DNA of 64,000 nt from Burkholderiales bacterium (GCA_038215555.1 JBBQQT010000001.1:1843-65842); one strand, 5' to 3'. Positions 19,962 through 29,242 are shown, numbered from the stretch's first letter. Notes: a model not told the origin generated them from the sequence alone. A program made the numbers and translations.

Positions 19962-19987
19962 CGAATTGATCTGACGAATTGATCTGA
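19949..19987. repeat. Tandem 13-bp x 3 repeat (CGAATTGATNTGA) that includes the phoU stop codon
   Basis: Read directly: cgaattgatgtga cgaattgatctga cgaattgatctga. Confidence 0.9.
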
Positions 19988-20012
19988 GTAACCGCTTGCG
20001 GGCGGATTAATC

Positions 20013-20048
20013 AAAAAAGCCGACAGGATTGTTCCTGTCGGCTTTTTT
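20013..20048. terminator. Bidirectional rho-independent terminator between convergent phoU and the PCuAC gene
   Basis: AAAAAA-GCCGACAGG-ATTGTT-CCTGTCGGC-TTTTTT. Confidence 0.85.
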
Positions 20049-20075
20049 GTCGGGTTGAGTGACGTTTGGTGTTGT

Positions 20076-20513
20076 TCAGTGTGCGCTGGATGAGCGGGCT
20101 TCTGCCTGCACCGCCAGTTTCTTTTGCTTGCCGTCAGCGCCTTTGACGATCAGTGTCATCGGTACTTTCTGGCCCGACTTGATCTGGCTTTTCAAGCCGA
20201 TGAACATGACATGCAGATCACCCGGTTCGAGGCTGACCGTTTTTCCCTTCGGCAATTTGATTTCCTGCATCTGGCGCATTTCCATGACGCCGTTTTCCAT
20301 CCGCATGAAATGGAACTCGAATTCCCTGGATACCGGACTGCTGCCGCCGACCAGGGTCATGTCGGCATCGGCGGTCAGTTCCATGAAGCCGCCTGCCACC
20401 TTCTGACCGGGTGCGGTGGCACGCACCCAGGCATTTTCGATCTTGACGTTGTCGGCCAGGGCCGAGGTGGCAAGCAGGCATCCAGTCAGCAGCATTGCGA
20501 GAGATCGTTGCAT
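20076..20513 (-). CDS. Periplasmic copper chaperone PCu(A)C (DUF461)
   Basis: Signal peptide, ...NAWVRATAPGQKVAGGFMEL..., and the H-x-M / M-rich motif (FHFMRMENGVMEM...LHVMF). Confidence 0.85.
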   Translation of the reverse strand: MQRSLAMLLTGCLLATSALADNVKIENAWVRATAPGQKVAGGFMELTADADMTLVGGSSPVSREFEFHFMRMENGVMEMRQMQEIKLPKGKTVSLEPGDLHVMFIGLKSQIKSGQKVPMTLIVKGADGKQKKLAVQAEARSSSAH

Positions 20514-20581
20514 GTTGAGTCCTTTGCTTGGTTCTTTTCAATATGCCCCCCGCCGGATCGACGGGGCGGCGGCATTCTGCC

Positions 20582-22870
20582 TCAGAACTTGACGTTCAAG
20601 CCCGCGTAGATCGAGCGGCCCGTTCCGGGTACGGCGGTGCCCCATTGCGGGTAATTGGGCAACGCCGGGTTAGTCATGGTCGTGCCTTGGCCGGTGTAAG
20701 CGCCGCCGGCGGGCAGATAGTAAAACTTGTCGAACAGGTTTTCGACGCCGAAATCGACGCGCACCTGCTTCCATGCGTAACTGCCGCGCAGGTTGACCAG
20801 GCCATAGCCCGGTGTCTTGATTTCGTTGCGGATTGCCGAAACCTTGTCCTTGGCATCCACCATCACCCATTCGGCGCTGTTGTCCCAGCCACCTTTCTTC
20901 TGGTTGAGCGCGAGTTTGGCGTTGAGCGGCATGATGTTGTAAAGGCCATCACCGGTGTCTCGGTTAGTGCCTTTGGTGTAGTTCAGCAGACCCTTCAGCG
21001 CGAAGGCGCCCCAATCGGTTTTTGCCAGCGGCATCTGGCCGGAGAGGTCGATGCCGTATATCCGCGCCGATTGATTGATGTATTTGAGGACGCTGAATTT
21101 GTCCGTTGTGGGTGCGACGGTGGGCAGGTTGGTGGTCGCGTTCCATTGCACTGCGTCGATGTAATCGTCTACCTCGGCGTAATGCGGCGTCGCCTTGAAA
21201 GTCCAGGCACCATCGACGGCGTGCCAATCGAAAGTGGCGGAGATCTTGTTGGCTTTTTCCGGCTTCAGGTCGATGTCGCCGAGATAACCGTTGCCGTCGC
21301 CCACAAAGTTGTTCATCAGCGCGGCCATCTGCCAGGTGGACCAGGTGTAGCGTTCATAGACATTGGGCGAGCGCTCTTTGTGGGCAAAGCCGAACTCGAT
21401 GTCGAGATTTGCGTCGGCGGTGTAACGGGCAAGCGCGGTGAGATCCAAATTGTGGTCGATCTTCTTGCGATCCTGGGCGTTGAAAGCGGCGGCATCCCGC
21501 GCCTGGAAACTCATCATATTGGCCGGGTTGTAACCCACGACATCACCAGCATTCATCTTGACCTGTTCGACGCGCGCGCCCAGCAGTGTTATCCAGTTGG
21601 ATCGCTTGCGCGCTTCCCATTCGCCAAACAGCGCGGCGCGATCACGTTCACCGTCTTTGATGTTCCAGAAAGTGCCCGGCCACATGCCAGCGCCTGACGG
21701 CGGCCACCAGTCGTCAAGCCGGTATTGCTGAATTTCGCCGCCGACCCGCAAGCGGTCTTGCGCGGTGATGGCGACATCCGCCTTGACGCTGAATCCCGTC
21801 GTTTTACCTTCGGTGTACATCGGCATGCCGGCGGCACAGGTGGCGCTGATCGGGTTGCATGGAGAGCCATCGACTGCGGTGGGGCCACCGGAGCCGATGG
21901 GCGGCACACCATTGCCATACCAGAATCGTTTGTCGGCACCAAAGTCCATGAAGTGATCGACTTTCTCGTGATAGGCGCGGGCCTCAAGCGAGCCCCAATC
22001 CAGCTTGCCCAGATAGCGCAAGTTAAGACTGTTCTGCTCGTTATTCAGCATGTCCATGCGCTGATTGGGGTAGAGCTGAAACGGCATGTCCTGGAAACCC
22101 AGTTTGGCTTCAAACAGATGTGCGTCGTTCTTGAACGCGAGTCCAATGGCGTGGTTGCGGGTTTCATAGGCGGTGGAGCCAACTTCATCTCGCGGCAACG
22201 TGTGGCCCATGCGGCCGGTGATGTCGTAGTTTTTGAAGTCGTTGCCAGCCGTGTAGTTGTCGGCCTGGCTGGTGGCGCCGCTGTAGCTGATATTGAATTT
22301 CTGGTTGGCATAAGTGGCCGAGGCATTGGCCCCGCGCGCGTTATTGTTGCTGCGGTAGAACACACCGGCTTCGCCTTTTGTGATGGCGGCTTGGCCGGGT
22401 GCGGCGAACTCGGGGGCGCGCGATTCGGCGATGATGGCGCCGCCGATGGCATCGCCGCCGCTGCTGACCGGGGTGATGCCGGCATAGACTTTGAGTGTTT
22501 CCAGATTGGTCGGATCAATGTAGGACAGCGCCGGATTCATGTGATTCGGGCAGGATGCGATCAAATCCATGCCATCCAGTTTGATCCGCAGACGGTCATC
22601 GGCCAGGCCGTGAATGGAGGGCAGGCTGGAAACGCCGCCCGAGCCATACAAACTGACGCCGGGAACATCGCGCAGCAAACTCGCCGTGTCGCTGGTGGAA
22701 GAGCGCATCGACGCCAATTCGGTTTCGCCAAGTTTGACCACGCTTGAACGTTGCAGCGAACTTCTTGGCGCGGTCACGACGATTTCGTCCAAGGTCGGTA
22801 TGTCTGCCGCAATGCCAAAAAAGGGGCTGGCGGCCAATACCGCGACAATGGGGTTCAAGCGGAACTTCAT
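20582..22870 (-). CDS. TonB-dependent receptor, OprC/NosA-like putative copper importer
   Basis: Plug domain (DEIVVTAPR, TonB-box-like), a 22-strand-size barrel and a terminal ...GLNVKF. CxxxM (SCPNHM) and HxM (DHFMD) motifs are present. The gene is followed by the PCuAC gene. Confidence 0.8.
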   Translation of the reverse strand: MKFRLNPIVAVLAASPFFGIAADIPTLDEIVVTAPRSSLQRSSVVKLGETELASMRSSTSDTASLLRDVPGVSLYGSGGVSSLPSIHGLADDRLRIKLDGMDLIASCPNHMNPALSYIDPTNLETLKVYAGITPVSSGGDAIGGAIIAESRAPEFAAPGQAAITKGEAGVFYRSNNNARGANASATYANQKFNISYSGATSQADNYTAGNDFKNYDITGRMGHTLPRDEVGSTAYETRNHAIGLAFKNDAHLFEAKLGFQDMPFQLYPNQRMDMLNNEQNSLNLRYLGKLDWGSLEARAYHEKVDHFMDFGADKRFWYGNGVPPIGSGGPTAVDGSPCNPISATCAAGMPMYTEGKTTGFSVKADVAITAQDRLRVGGEIQQYRLDDWWPPSGAGMWPGTFWNIKDGERDRAALFGEWEARKRSNWITLLGARVEQVKMNAGDVVGYNPANMMSFQARDAAAFNAQDRKKIDHNLDLTALARYTADANLDIEFGFAHKERSPNVYERYTWSTWQMAALMNNFVGDGNGYLGDIDLKPEKANKISATFDWHAVDGAWTFKATPHYAEVDDYIDAVQWNATTNLPTVAPTTDKFSVLKYINQSARIYGIDLSGQMPLAKTDWGAFALKGLLNYTKGTNRDTGDGLYNIMPLNAKLALNQKKGGWDNSAEWVMVDAKDKVSAIRNEIKTPGYGLVNLRGSYAWKQVRVDFGVENLFDKFYYLPAGGAYTGQGTTMTNPALPNYPQWGTAVPGTGRSIYAGLNVKF

Positions 22871-22890
22871 TTTTTTATGACTCCGAGATC

Positions 22891-22929
22891 AAAAAAATGG
22901 CCCGCTGCGGGCATGAACCGAAGCGGGCC
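22891..22929 (-). promoter_or_regulatory. Terminator-like hairpin with a U7 tract inside the 5' leader of the TonB-receptor gene (possible attenuator or riboregulator expression platform)
   Basis: The minus strand reads GGCCCGC-N17-GCGGGCC-ATTTTTTT and ends ~20 nt before the GGAG RBS and ATG. Confidence 0.35.
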
Positions 22930-23007
22930 GCAAGATACGTCAGTACGTCAAAAGCCGTAAACGTATGGAAGCGAAGCCATCTTAGCGAGGCGCGCCGGGC
23001 GCCGGAA

Positions 23008-23024
23008 TGCGACATGTTGTCGCA
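23008..23024. promoter_or_regulatory. Perfect 7-3-7 palindrome TGCGACA-TGT-TGTCGCA (GCGAC-N5-GTCGC), a candidate RegA/PrrA/RegR box
   Basis: Read directly in the regB / TonB-receptor divergent spacer, 53 nt upstream of the regB ATG. Confidence 0.45.
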
Positions 23025-23076
23025 GGCAAGGTTGGTGTCGCCGGATAGCTTGGTGTTGGCCGTTAGAATCGTTGTC

Positions 23077-24339
23077 ATGTCCCTTTTTCAAAAACTGTTC
23101 CGGGTTGACACCGAGGTGTTGCCGCAGCTTGCCCAGCAACGCTTGATCAAGGTGCGGGCGACGCTGATTCTGGGCGAGTGGCTTGGCATTGGCCTGTTGA
23201 CCTGGGTATTGCATGCGCGCTTGCCACTGGTTTCGCTCGCTTTGATTCTTGCCCTGCATGTCGCGTTGAACGGTGTTGCCTGGCTGCGTTTGCGCGCTGG
23301 CGGCGTGGCACTGACCGAAGTGACGCTGCAACTGGCAGTGGATGCGGCTTGCATTGGCGCCCTGGTGTATTTGACCGGGGGGTATGCCAACCCGTTCATT
23401 TCGCTGTTGCTGGTGCCGCTGATTCTGGCTGCGGTGACCTTGCCGCCGCTGCATGCCTGGGGCATGGCGGTCTGGGTCGGCGGCTTGTACACAGTGTTGA
23501 TGCGCTTTTATCAACCGCTGCAGATCCAGGTTTCGGCTGAGGCGGCGGTCGATCTGCATCTGTCCGGCATGTGGTTGAACTTTCTCCTCACTGCCGCGTT
23601 GGTCGCCGCCTTCGCCGGCCGTCAAGCGGCCACGTTGCGCCTGCGCGATGCCGAGCTGGCGCAGGCGCGTGAGCAGCGGTTGCGTGACGAGCAATTGTTT
23701 GCGCTTGGCCTGCAAGCCGCTACTGCGGCGCATGACCTGGCAACGCCGATGAGTTCGGTGCGCATCACGCTGGATGAACTGTGGCGCGACTACGCCGGTG
23801 ATGATGAACTCGATCAACCGCTCGGCCTGCTTGCCGGGCAGGTTGCCCGCATGCAAGCGGTGCTTGATCGATTAGGGGATTCCGCGCGCGGTCGCGGTGA
23901 CCGCGTCGGTCCGCCGATCGCCGTTCAAGTCTGGTTGGCGCGGACGCTGGAACGCTGGGGATTGATGTGGCCGCAAGTTCGAGTCACGCTCGACCTGGAT
24001 ACCGAACTCAATGCAAGTCAGCCTTTGCTGACCGACGATCCGGCGCTGGAGGCGATTCTGGTGGTGCTGCTTAATAATGCGGCGCAGGCCTCGCCCGACG
24101 CGGTGTTGTTGCGTGCCCGCGTCTTGCCGCAAAGCCTGCTCCTGGAAGTGATCGATCGCGGCGGTGGCTTCGATTCCGGCAAGGCCGAGGGCTGGGGCGT
24201 CGGCTTGGAACTCGCCCGCGCGACGCTCGAACGCATCGGCGGCAGTCTCGAAATCGGCGCTTCAGCGGCGGGGACGTCTGTAGTGGGCGGCGTCAGCGCG
24301 CGCATCCGCCTGCCGCTGGCGTCTGTCGAGGTGGCATGA
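23077..24339 (+). CDS. regB: Redox-responsive sensor histidine kinase, RegB/PrrB/ActS family
   Basis: Six predicted TM helices including GGYANPFISLLLVPL, the H-box LATAAHDLATP and a C-terminal ATPase domain. Confidence 0.8.
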   Translation: MSLFQKLFRVDTEVLPQLAQQRLIKVRATLILGEWLGIGLLTWVLHARLPLVSLALILALHVALNGVAWLRLRAGGVALTEVTLQLAVDAACIGALVYLTGGYANPFISLLLVPLILAAVTLPPLHAWGMAVWVGGLYTVLMRFYQPLQIQVSAEAAVDLHLSGMWLNFLLTAALVAAFAGRQAATLRLRDAELAQAREQRLRDEQLFALGLQAATAAHDLATPMSSVRITLDELWRDYAGDDELDQPLGLLAGQVARMQAVLDRLGDSARGRGDRVGPPIAVQVWLARTLERWGLMWPQVRVTLDLDTELNASQPLLTDDPALEAILVVLLNNAAQASPDAVLLRARVLPQSLLLEVIDRGGGFDSGKAEGWGVGLELARATLERIGGSLEIGASAAGTSVVGGVSARIRLPLASVEVA

Positions 24340-24881
24340 TGCGTTGGCATATCCTGATCGTGGATGATGATGCCGTGTTTGCGCAGACACTGGCGTTGGC
24401 GATGACGCGCCGTGGTTATACGGTGGCGACGGCGGCGAACAGTCCGGCTGCGCTGGATTTGGCGGCGTCTCAAGTATTCGATGCGGTGGTGCTGGATTTG
24501 CGTCTCGGCACCGAGTCCGGCCTGCATCTGATCGAACCGTTGCGGGCGCGGCAACCGCTGGCGCGGCTGCTGTTGCTGACCGGCTATGCCAGCATCGCGA
24601 CCGCGGTGGCGGCAATCAAGTTGGGGGCTGTACAGTATTTGCCGAAGCCGGCCAGCGTCGATGAAATCCTCGCTGCTTTGGGCGATGCCGATGCTGCTGC
24701 GGGCAGTGATGCGGATGTCGAGACGGCGACCGAGCCGTTATCGGTCGATCGGCTTGAGTGGGAGCATATCCATCAGGTGTTGGCGCAGCACGAGGGCAAT
24801 CTTTCTGCTACCGCGCGCGCCCTGAAAATGCATCGCCGCACCTTGCAGCGGAAACTGGCGAAGCGGCCGGTGAAAGCCTGA
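24336..24881 (+). CDS. regA: Response regulator RegA/PrrA/ActR family (REC + Fis-type HTH)
   Basis: ILIVDDD..., the C-terminal GNLSATARALKMHRRTLQRKLAK, and an ATGA overlap with regB. Confidence 0.85.
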   Translation: MMRWHILIVDDDAVFAQTLALAMTRRGYTVATAANSPAALDLAASQVFDAVVLDLRLGTESGLHLIEPLRARQPLARLLLLTGYASIATAVAAIKLGAVQYLPKPASVDEILAALGDADAAAGSDADVETATEPLSVDRLEWEHIHQVLAQHEGNLSATARALKMHRRTLQRKLAKRPVKA

Positions 24882-24886
24882 TCGAC

Positions 24887-25426
24887 TCAGGGCGTCAGGG
24901 TTTCGATCAGGATGTTGCGGTTGGTGTAGATGCAGATATCGGCGGCGATGCCGATCGATTCGCGAACGATGGCTTCAGGATCCAGGTCGCTATGTTCCAG
25001 CAGAGCGCGTGCAGCAGACTGGGCGTAGGCGCCGCCGCTGCCGATGGCGGCGATGCCTTGTTCCGGTTCCAGTACATCGCCAGCGCCGGTAATGATCAGC
25101 GTGCTGGTGCGATCAGCCACCGCCAGCATGGCTTCCAGGCGACGCAGGATGCGATCGGTGCGCCAGTCTTTGGCCAGTTCCACTGCGCTTCTGACCAGAT
25201 GGCCCTGGTGTTTTTCCAGCTTCGATTCAAATCGTTCAAATAGTGTAAAAGCATCCGCCGTGCCGCCCGCGAAGCCGGCCAGGATGCGTTCCTGGTACAG
25301 GCGGCGAATTTTGCGCGCGCTGGCCTTGATGACGATATTGCCCAATGTGACCTGGCCGTCCCCGCCCATCGCGACAGACTCGCCGCGTCGAACCGAAAGA
25401 ATGGTGGTGCCGTGAAATTGTTCCAT
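24887..25426 (-). CDS. hslV: ATP-dependent protease subunit HslV
   Basis: [15 protein letters not shown]... (N-terminal Thr after processing) and [14 protein letters not shown]. Confidence 0.95.
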   Translation of the reverse strand: MEQFHGTTILSVRRGESVAMGGDGQVTLGNIVIKASARKIRRLYQERILAGFAGGTADAFTLFERFESKLEKHQGHLVRSAVELAKDWRTDRILRRLEAMLAVADRTSTLIITGAGDVLEPEQGIAAIGSGGAYAQSAARALLEHSDLDPEAIVRESIGIAADICIYTNRNILIETLTP

Positions 25427-25459
25427 ACGAGTCTTGCTTGAAAAGGGTGAAACGGAGGG

Positions 25460-26587
25460 TTAGACGCGAGTGCGTCCAAGTACGACCGAAAATTGGCTGG
25501 CGCCAACGATATGCAACAAAGTGTTGACCAACTCGTTGCCTTCCTTGAACAGGATTTTGCTGCCATTGCCAGAAATGGCGATCAGCGTTTCGAGCAGCAG
25601 CCCGACGACCGAGAAATCGATGCGGCTGACCTGGCTCAGGTCGATTTCAACCTGCTTGCGACCTTGGGCGTATTTTTTCAGCGCATCGAATTGCAATTCA
25701 CTGCCTGGACCAATCTGGCCGGTCAGTTTGAACGCGACCTCCGGTGCTTGCGCAACCCGAACTTCCGCGACGCTGTTCTTGCTTGGCATCGGAAGCGGCT
25801 GCGTGTAGGACGGGGGGGAAACCTCGTAAGCGACAGCGTAATCGACGGCGACGTTTTCGAAATCATCTTCCCGACCGAGCAATTGCAGTATCGCCAGAAA
25901 CAGGAACCAGCCCGATTCGGTCAGGCGATTGCCCTGTCGCGCGGCATCGAGGCGCACCGAAAAACCGGGACCGCCGATCAGTTCGACCGGTTTGCGCATC
26001 TCGTGCAAGTGAACGATATTGCTCAGGATGGCATTCGAAGTGTCTTCATCCGGCGCCAGTGTTTTAGATACATCGAGCCGAACATAAGGCGCATGCACGG
26101 CATCCTGGAAAAAGCGACCTTGTTTGACCCGTTCCAGCGTGCCGTATTTTTCACCATAAGATATCAACGGAGCCGGGGCGCTGACTCGCTTGGGTTTGTC
26201 ATGCGGCGTCCAGGTCGGTGGCGATCGTTCAAACCTAACCGCGAAATCGACTGCGGCATCTTCAAATGGGGCTGACTGGTCGCTCACCTCATAGAGATCA
26301 AACAGCATGTACCAAGGCAGCGGATCATGGTTGTCACGGTGATCCAGCAGGTAGCGATTGAGCAGGGTTGCGGTCTCGCCGATCTTGCCATTGGCAAACA
26401 GAACAGCGGCCTCCTCGAGTTCGGGCGGCAGGCCACCCAAGGCTTCCTGAACCTCGATGCCAGCACCCATGTCTTCAATGGGTGGCTTGACGCCCGCATA
26501 GGCTGGCCCGGGGCCGAACGCGTCATTACCCTCCTTCAGGAAAGCAAGGAAATCATCAGGCTTCTCTTTGCGGAAGAAAGAAAACAC
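25460..26587 (-). CDS. Hypothetical protein with internally duplicated modules and a C-terminal STAS (anti-sigma-antagonist-like) domain
   Basis: FEDAAVDFAVRFERSPPTW and FENVAVDYAVAYEVSPPSY are repeated motifs. The C-terminal segment LTGQIG...VEIDLSQVSRIDFSVVGLLLE is STAS-like. Confidence 0.6.
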   Translation of the reverse strand: MFSFFRKEKPDDFLAFLKEGNDAFGPGPAYAGVKPPIEDMGAGIEVQEALGGLPPELEEAAVLFANGKIGETATLLNRYLLDHRDNHDPLPWYMLFDLYEVSDQSAPFEDAAVDFAVRFERSPPTWTPHDKPKRVSAPAPLISYGEKYGTLERVKQGRFFQDAVHAPYVRLDVSKTLAPDEDTSNAILSNIVHLHEMRKPVELIGGPGFSVRLDAARQGNRLTESGWFLFLAILQLLGREDDFENVAVDYAVAYEVSPPSYTQPLPMPSKNSVAEVRVAQAPEVAFKLTGQIGPGSELQFDALKKYAQGRKQVEIDLSQVSRIDFSVVGLLLETLIAISGNGSKILFKEGNELVNTLLHIVGASQFSVVLGRTRV

Positions 26588-26699
26588 GCAACCTCTGTTT
26601 TTTTATAAAAATCTTTCAGAAGCATAGCAGAAGCTGACACGGCCGGAAGTGAGTCTGTTCATGGCACCGCTTTCTCAGTCACGATGCGGCAGAGAGCCA

Positions 26700-27620
<921 letters not shown>

Positions 27621-27859
27621 CTACAAAGGCGCAAACGACGAAGGGAACAAACAGATACCGTCGATGAATTTATTTTTCCAAATGGGTTCAGGGCAGCACG
27701 TATAGCTTGAGTTACGGGATTTAAAGAGTTGCCTATCTTGTTGTATTTAATAAAGAACTTGCTGATTCAGAGGCGCGCGCCTAAATTGCGGCGTCCTATG
27801 AAAAATCATTGGATGCACGGATCAGGCCAAGGCGCGAGCGCGCATTGTTCTCCGTGCTT

Positions 27860-27883
27860 GAACACAGTCTCAGGTAGGGCGTT
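27860..27883 (+). promoter_or_regulatory. Candidate ECF-sigma-type promoter (GAAC-N16-CGTT) upstream of the RiPP precursor gene
   Basis: tGAACacagtctcaggtagggCGTTcc lies ~45 nt upstream of the ATG. This is a motif-level match only. Confidence 0.25.
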
Positions 27884-27926
27884 CCCTTTCCCGGCATTCT
27901 TTGTTTCAACAATCAGGAGATACAAC

Positions 27927-28364
27927 ATGGCTACGAAAAAAACAGCTCTGACCCTCGCTCTCGGTTCCGCCATCGCGGCTACCTTTTCGGTAACGCTGAC
28001 ATCGGCTGCCGAAAATCCGTTTGCCGCTCAGGCTTTGCAAGCCGGCTATATGGTCACTGAGGCGAAAACCCCGGAAGGCAAATGTGGCGAGGGCAAGTGT
28101 GGTGGCGACAAAGCCAAGGCCAAGGAAGGCAAATGTGGCGAGGGCAAGTGTGGTGGCGACAAAGCCAAGGCCAAGGAAGGCAAATGCGGCGAGGGCAAGT
28201 GTGGTGGCGACAAAGCCAAGGCCAAAGAAGGCAAATGCGGTGAAGGCAAGTGCGGCGGTGACAAAGCCAAGGCCAAGGAAGGCAAATGTGGTGAAGGAAA
28301 ATGCGGTGGCGCCAAGACCAAAGAAGGTAAATGTGGCGAAGGCAAATGCGGTGGCAAGAAGTAA
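27927..28364 (+). CDS. Secreted Cys-repeat RiPP precursor (HvfA/MovA-like; six EGKCGEGKCGG units)
   Basis: AGGAGA RBS, Sec signal MATKKTALTLALGSAIAATFSVTLTSA|AE, then 6 units (12 Cys). The gene lies immediately upstream of the DUF692 and DUF2063 genes. Confidence 0.8.
   Translation: MATKKTALTLALGSAIAATFSVTLTSAAENPFAAQALQAGYMVTEAKTPEGKCGEGKCGGDKAKAKEGKCGEGKCGGDKAKAKEGKCGEGKCGGDKAKAKEGKCGEGKCGGDKAKAKEGKCGEGKCGGAKTKEGKCGEGKCGGKK
28074..28361 (+). repeat. Coding tandem repeat: 4 x 51 bp (EGKCGEGKCGGDKAKAK) plus 45-bp and 39-bp variants
   Basis: Units 1 and 2 are identical at the DNA level. Units 3-6 differ mainly at synonymous positions and in the Lys/Ala spacer. Confidence 0.95.
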
Positions 28365-28383
28365 TTGATACGCCTTTGTTGAC

Positions 28384-29241
28384 ATGACATCCCCGCGTCT
28401 CTCCGGCGCGGGACTCGGGTTTCGGCGCGATTTATTATCTGATCTTCAGGCTGCGCTGAAATCCGGGCTTCCGACAGGAATCGACTTTTTTGAACTCGCG
28501 CCAGAAAACTGGATCGATCTGGGCGGCCGCTATGCCCGCGATCTGCGCCAGTTCACCGAGCGGTTTGCCTTTGTCTGTCACGGTTTGTCGCTTTCTCTTG
28601 GCGGGTTGACGCCGCTGGATGAAGTGCTGCTGCGCAAGATCAAGGCCTTCATGGCCGAACATCGTATTTCGCTCTACACGGAACACCTGTCCTACTGTTC
28701 CGATCATGGTCATCTCTATGATCTGCTGCCGATTCCGCCAACCGCCGACGCGGTGAAGTATGTCGCTACCCGGATTCGTCAGGTGCAGGACATCCTGGAA
28801 CAGAAAATCGCCATCGAGAACGCCAGTTATTACGTTGCGGCCCCGATCGGTGAAATGGACGAGCCGACCTTCATCAATGCCGTGCTGCAGGAAGCCGACT
28901 GCCTGCTGCATCTTGATGTGAACAACATCTACGTCAACAGCGTCAACTTCAAGTTCGATCCGCTCGACTATCTGAAACGCATGCCGGCAGAACGTATCGT
29001 TTATATGCACATGGCGGGGCATTACCAGGAAGCAGCGGATCTGATCATCGACACGCACGGCGCCGATGTCATCGACCCAGTCTGGCAATTGCTGGACGCC
29101 GCTTACGCGATGTTGGGCGTGCATCCGACCTGTCTGGAACGGGATTTCAACATCCCGCCCTTGCGCGATTTGATGCCCGAGGTGACTCGCATTGCGCAGA
29201 TTCAATCGCACTATCTGAAGCAATCCGTGCGGGCAGCCTAA
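28384..29241 (+). CDS. DUF692 / MNIO (multinuclear non-heme iron oxidative) RiPP maturase, MbnB/BufB/HvfB-like
   Basis: GLGFRRDL..., FFELAPENW, HGLSLSLGG, YTEHLSY, IENASYY, LHLDVNNIY and DTHG are DUF692-type conserved blocks. Confidence 0.9.
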   Translation: MTSPRLSGAGLGFRRDLLSDLQAALKSGLPTGIDFFELAPENWIDLGGRYARDLRQFTERFAFVCHGLSLSLGGLTPLDEVLLRKIKAFMAEHRISLYTEHLSYCSDHGHLYDLLPIPPTADAVKYVATRIRQVQDILEQKIAIENASYYVAAPIGEMDEPTFINAVLQEADCLLHLDVNNIYVNSVNFKFDPLDYLKRMPAERIVYMHMAGHYQEAADLIIDTHGADVIDPVWQLLDAAYAMLGVHPTCLERDFNIPPLRDLMPEVTRIAQIQSHYLKQSVRAA

Positions 29242-29242
29242 G

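Noticed and set aside
22871-23076. Cobalamin or other known riboswitch in front of the TonB-dependent receptor.
   Set aside because: No B12-box-like core or other known riboswitch signature was seen by eye. The receptor carries copper-site motifs rather than looking BtuB-like. The leader hairpin is kept as a separate finding.
28074-28361. Possible CRISPR array, because of the regular direct repeats.
   Set aside because: The repeats are contiguous with no unique spacers, in-frame and coding (Cys-motif units). No cas genes or leader are present.
27906-28390. Two minus-strand ORFs with striking repeats (ATFAF..., PPHLPSPHLPSLALALS...).
   Set aside because: They are mirror-image products of the 51-bp coding repeat of the RiPP precursor. 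The plus-strand gene has the RBS, the signal peptide and the operon context.
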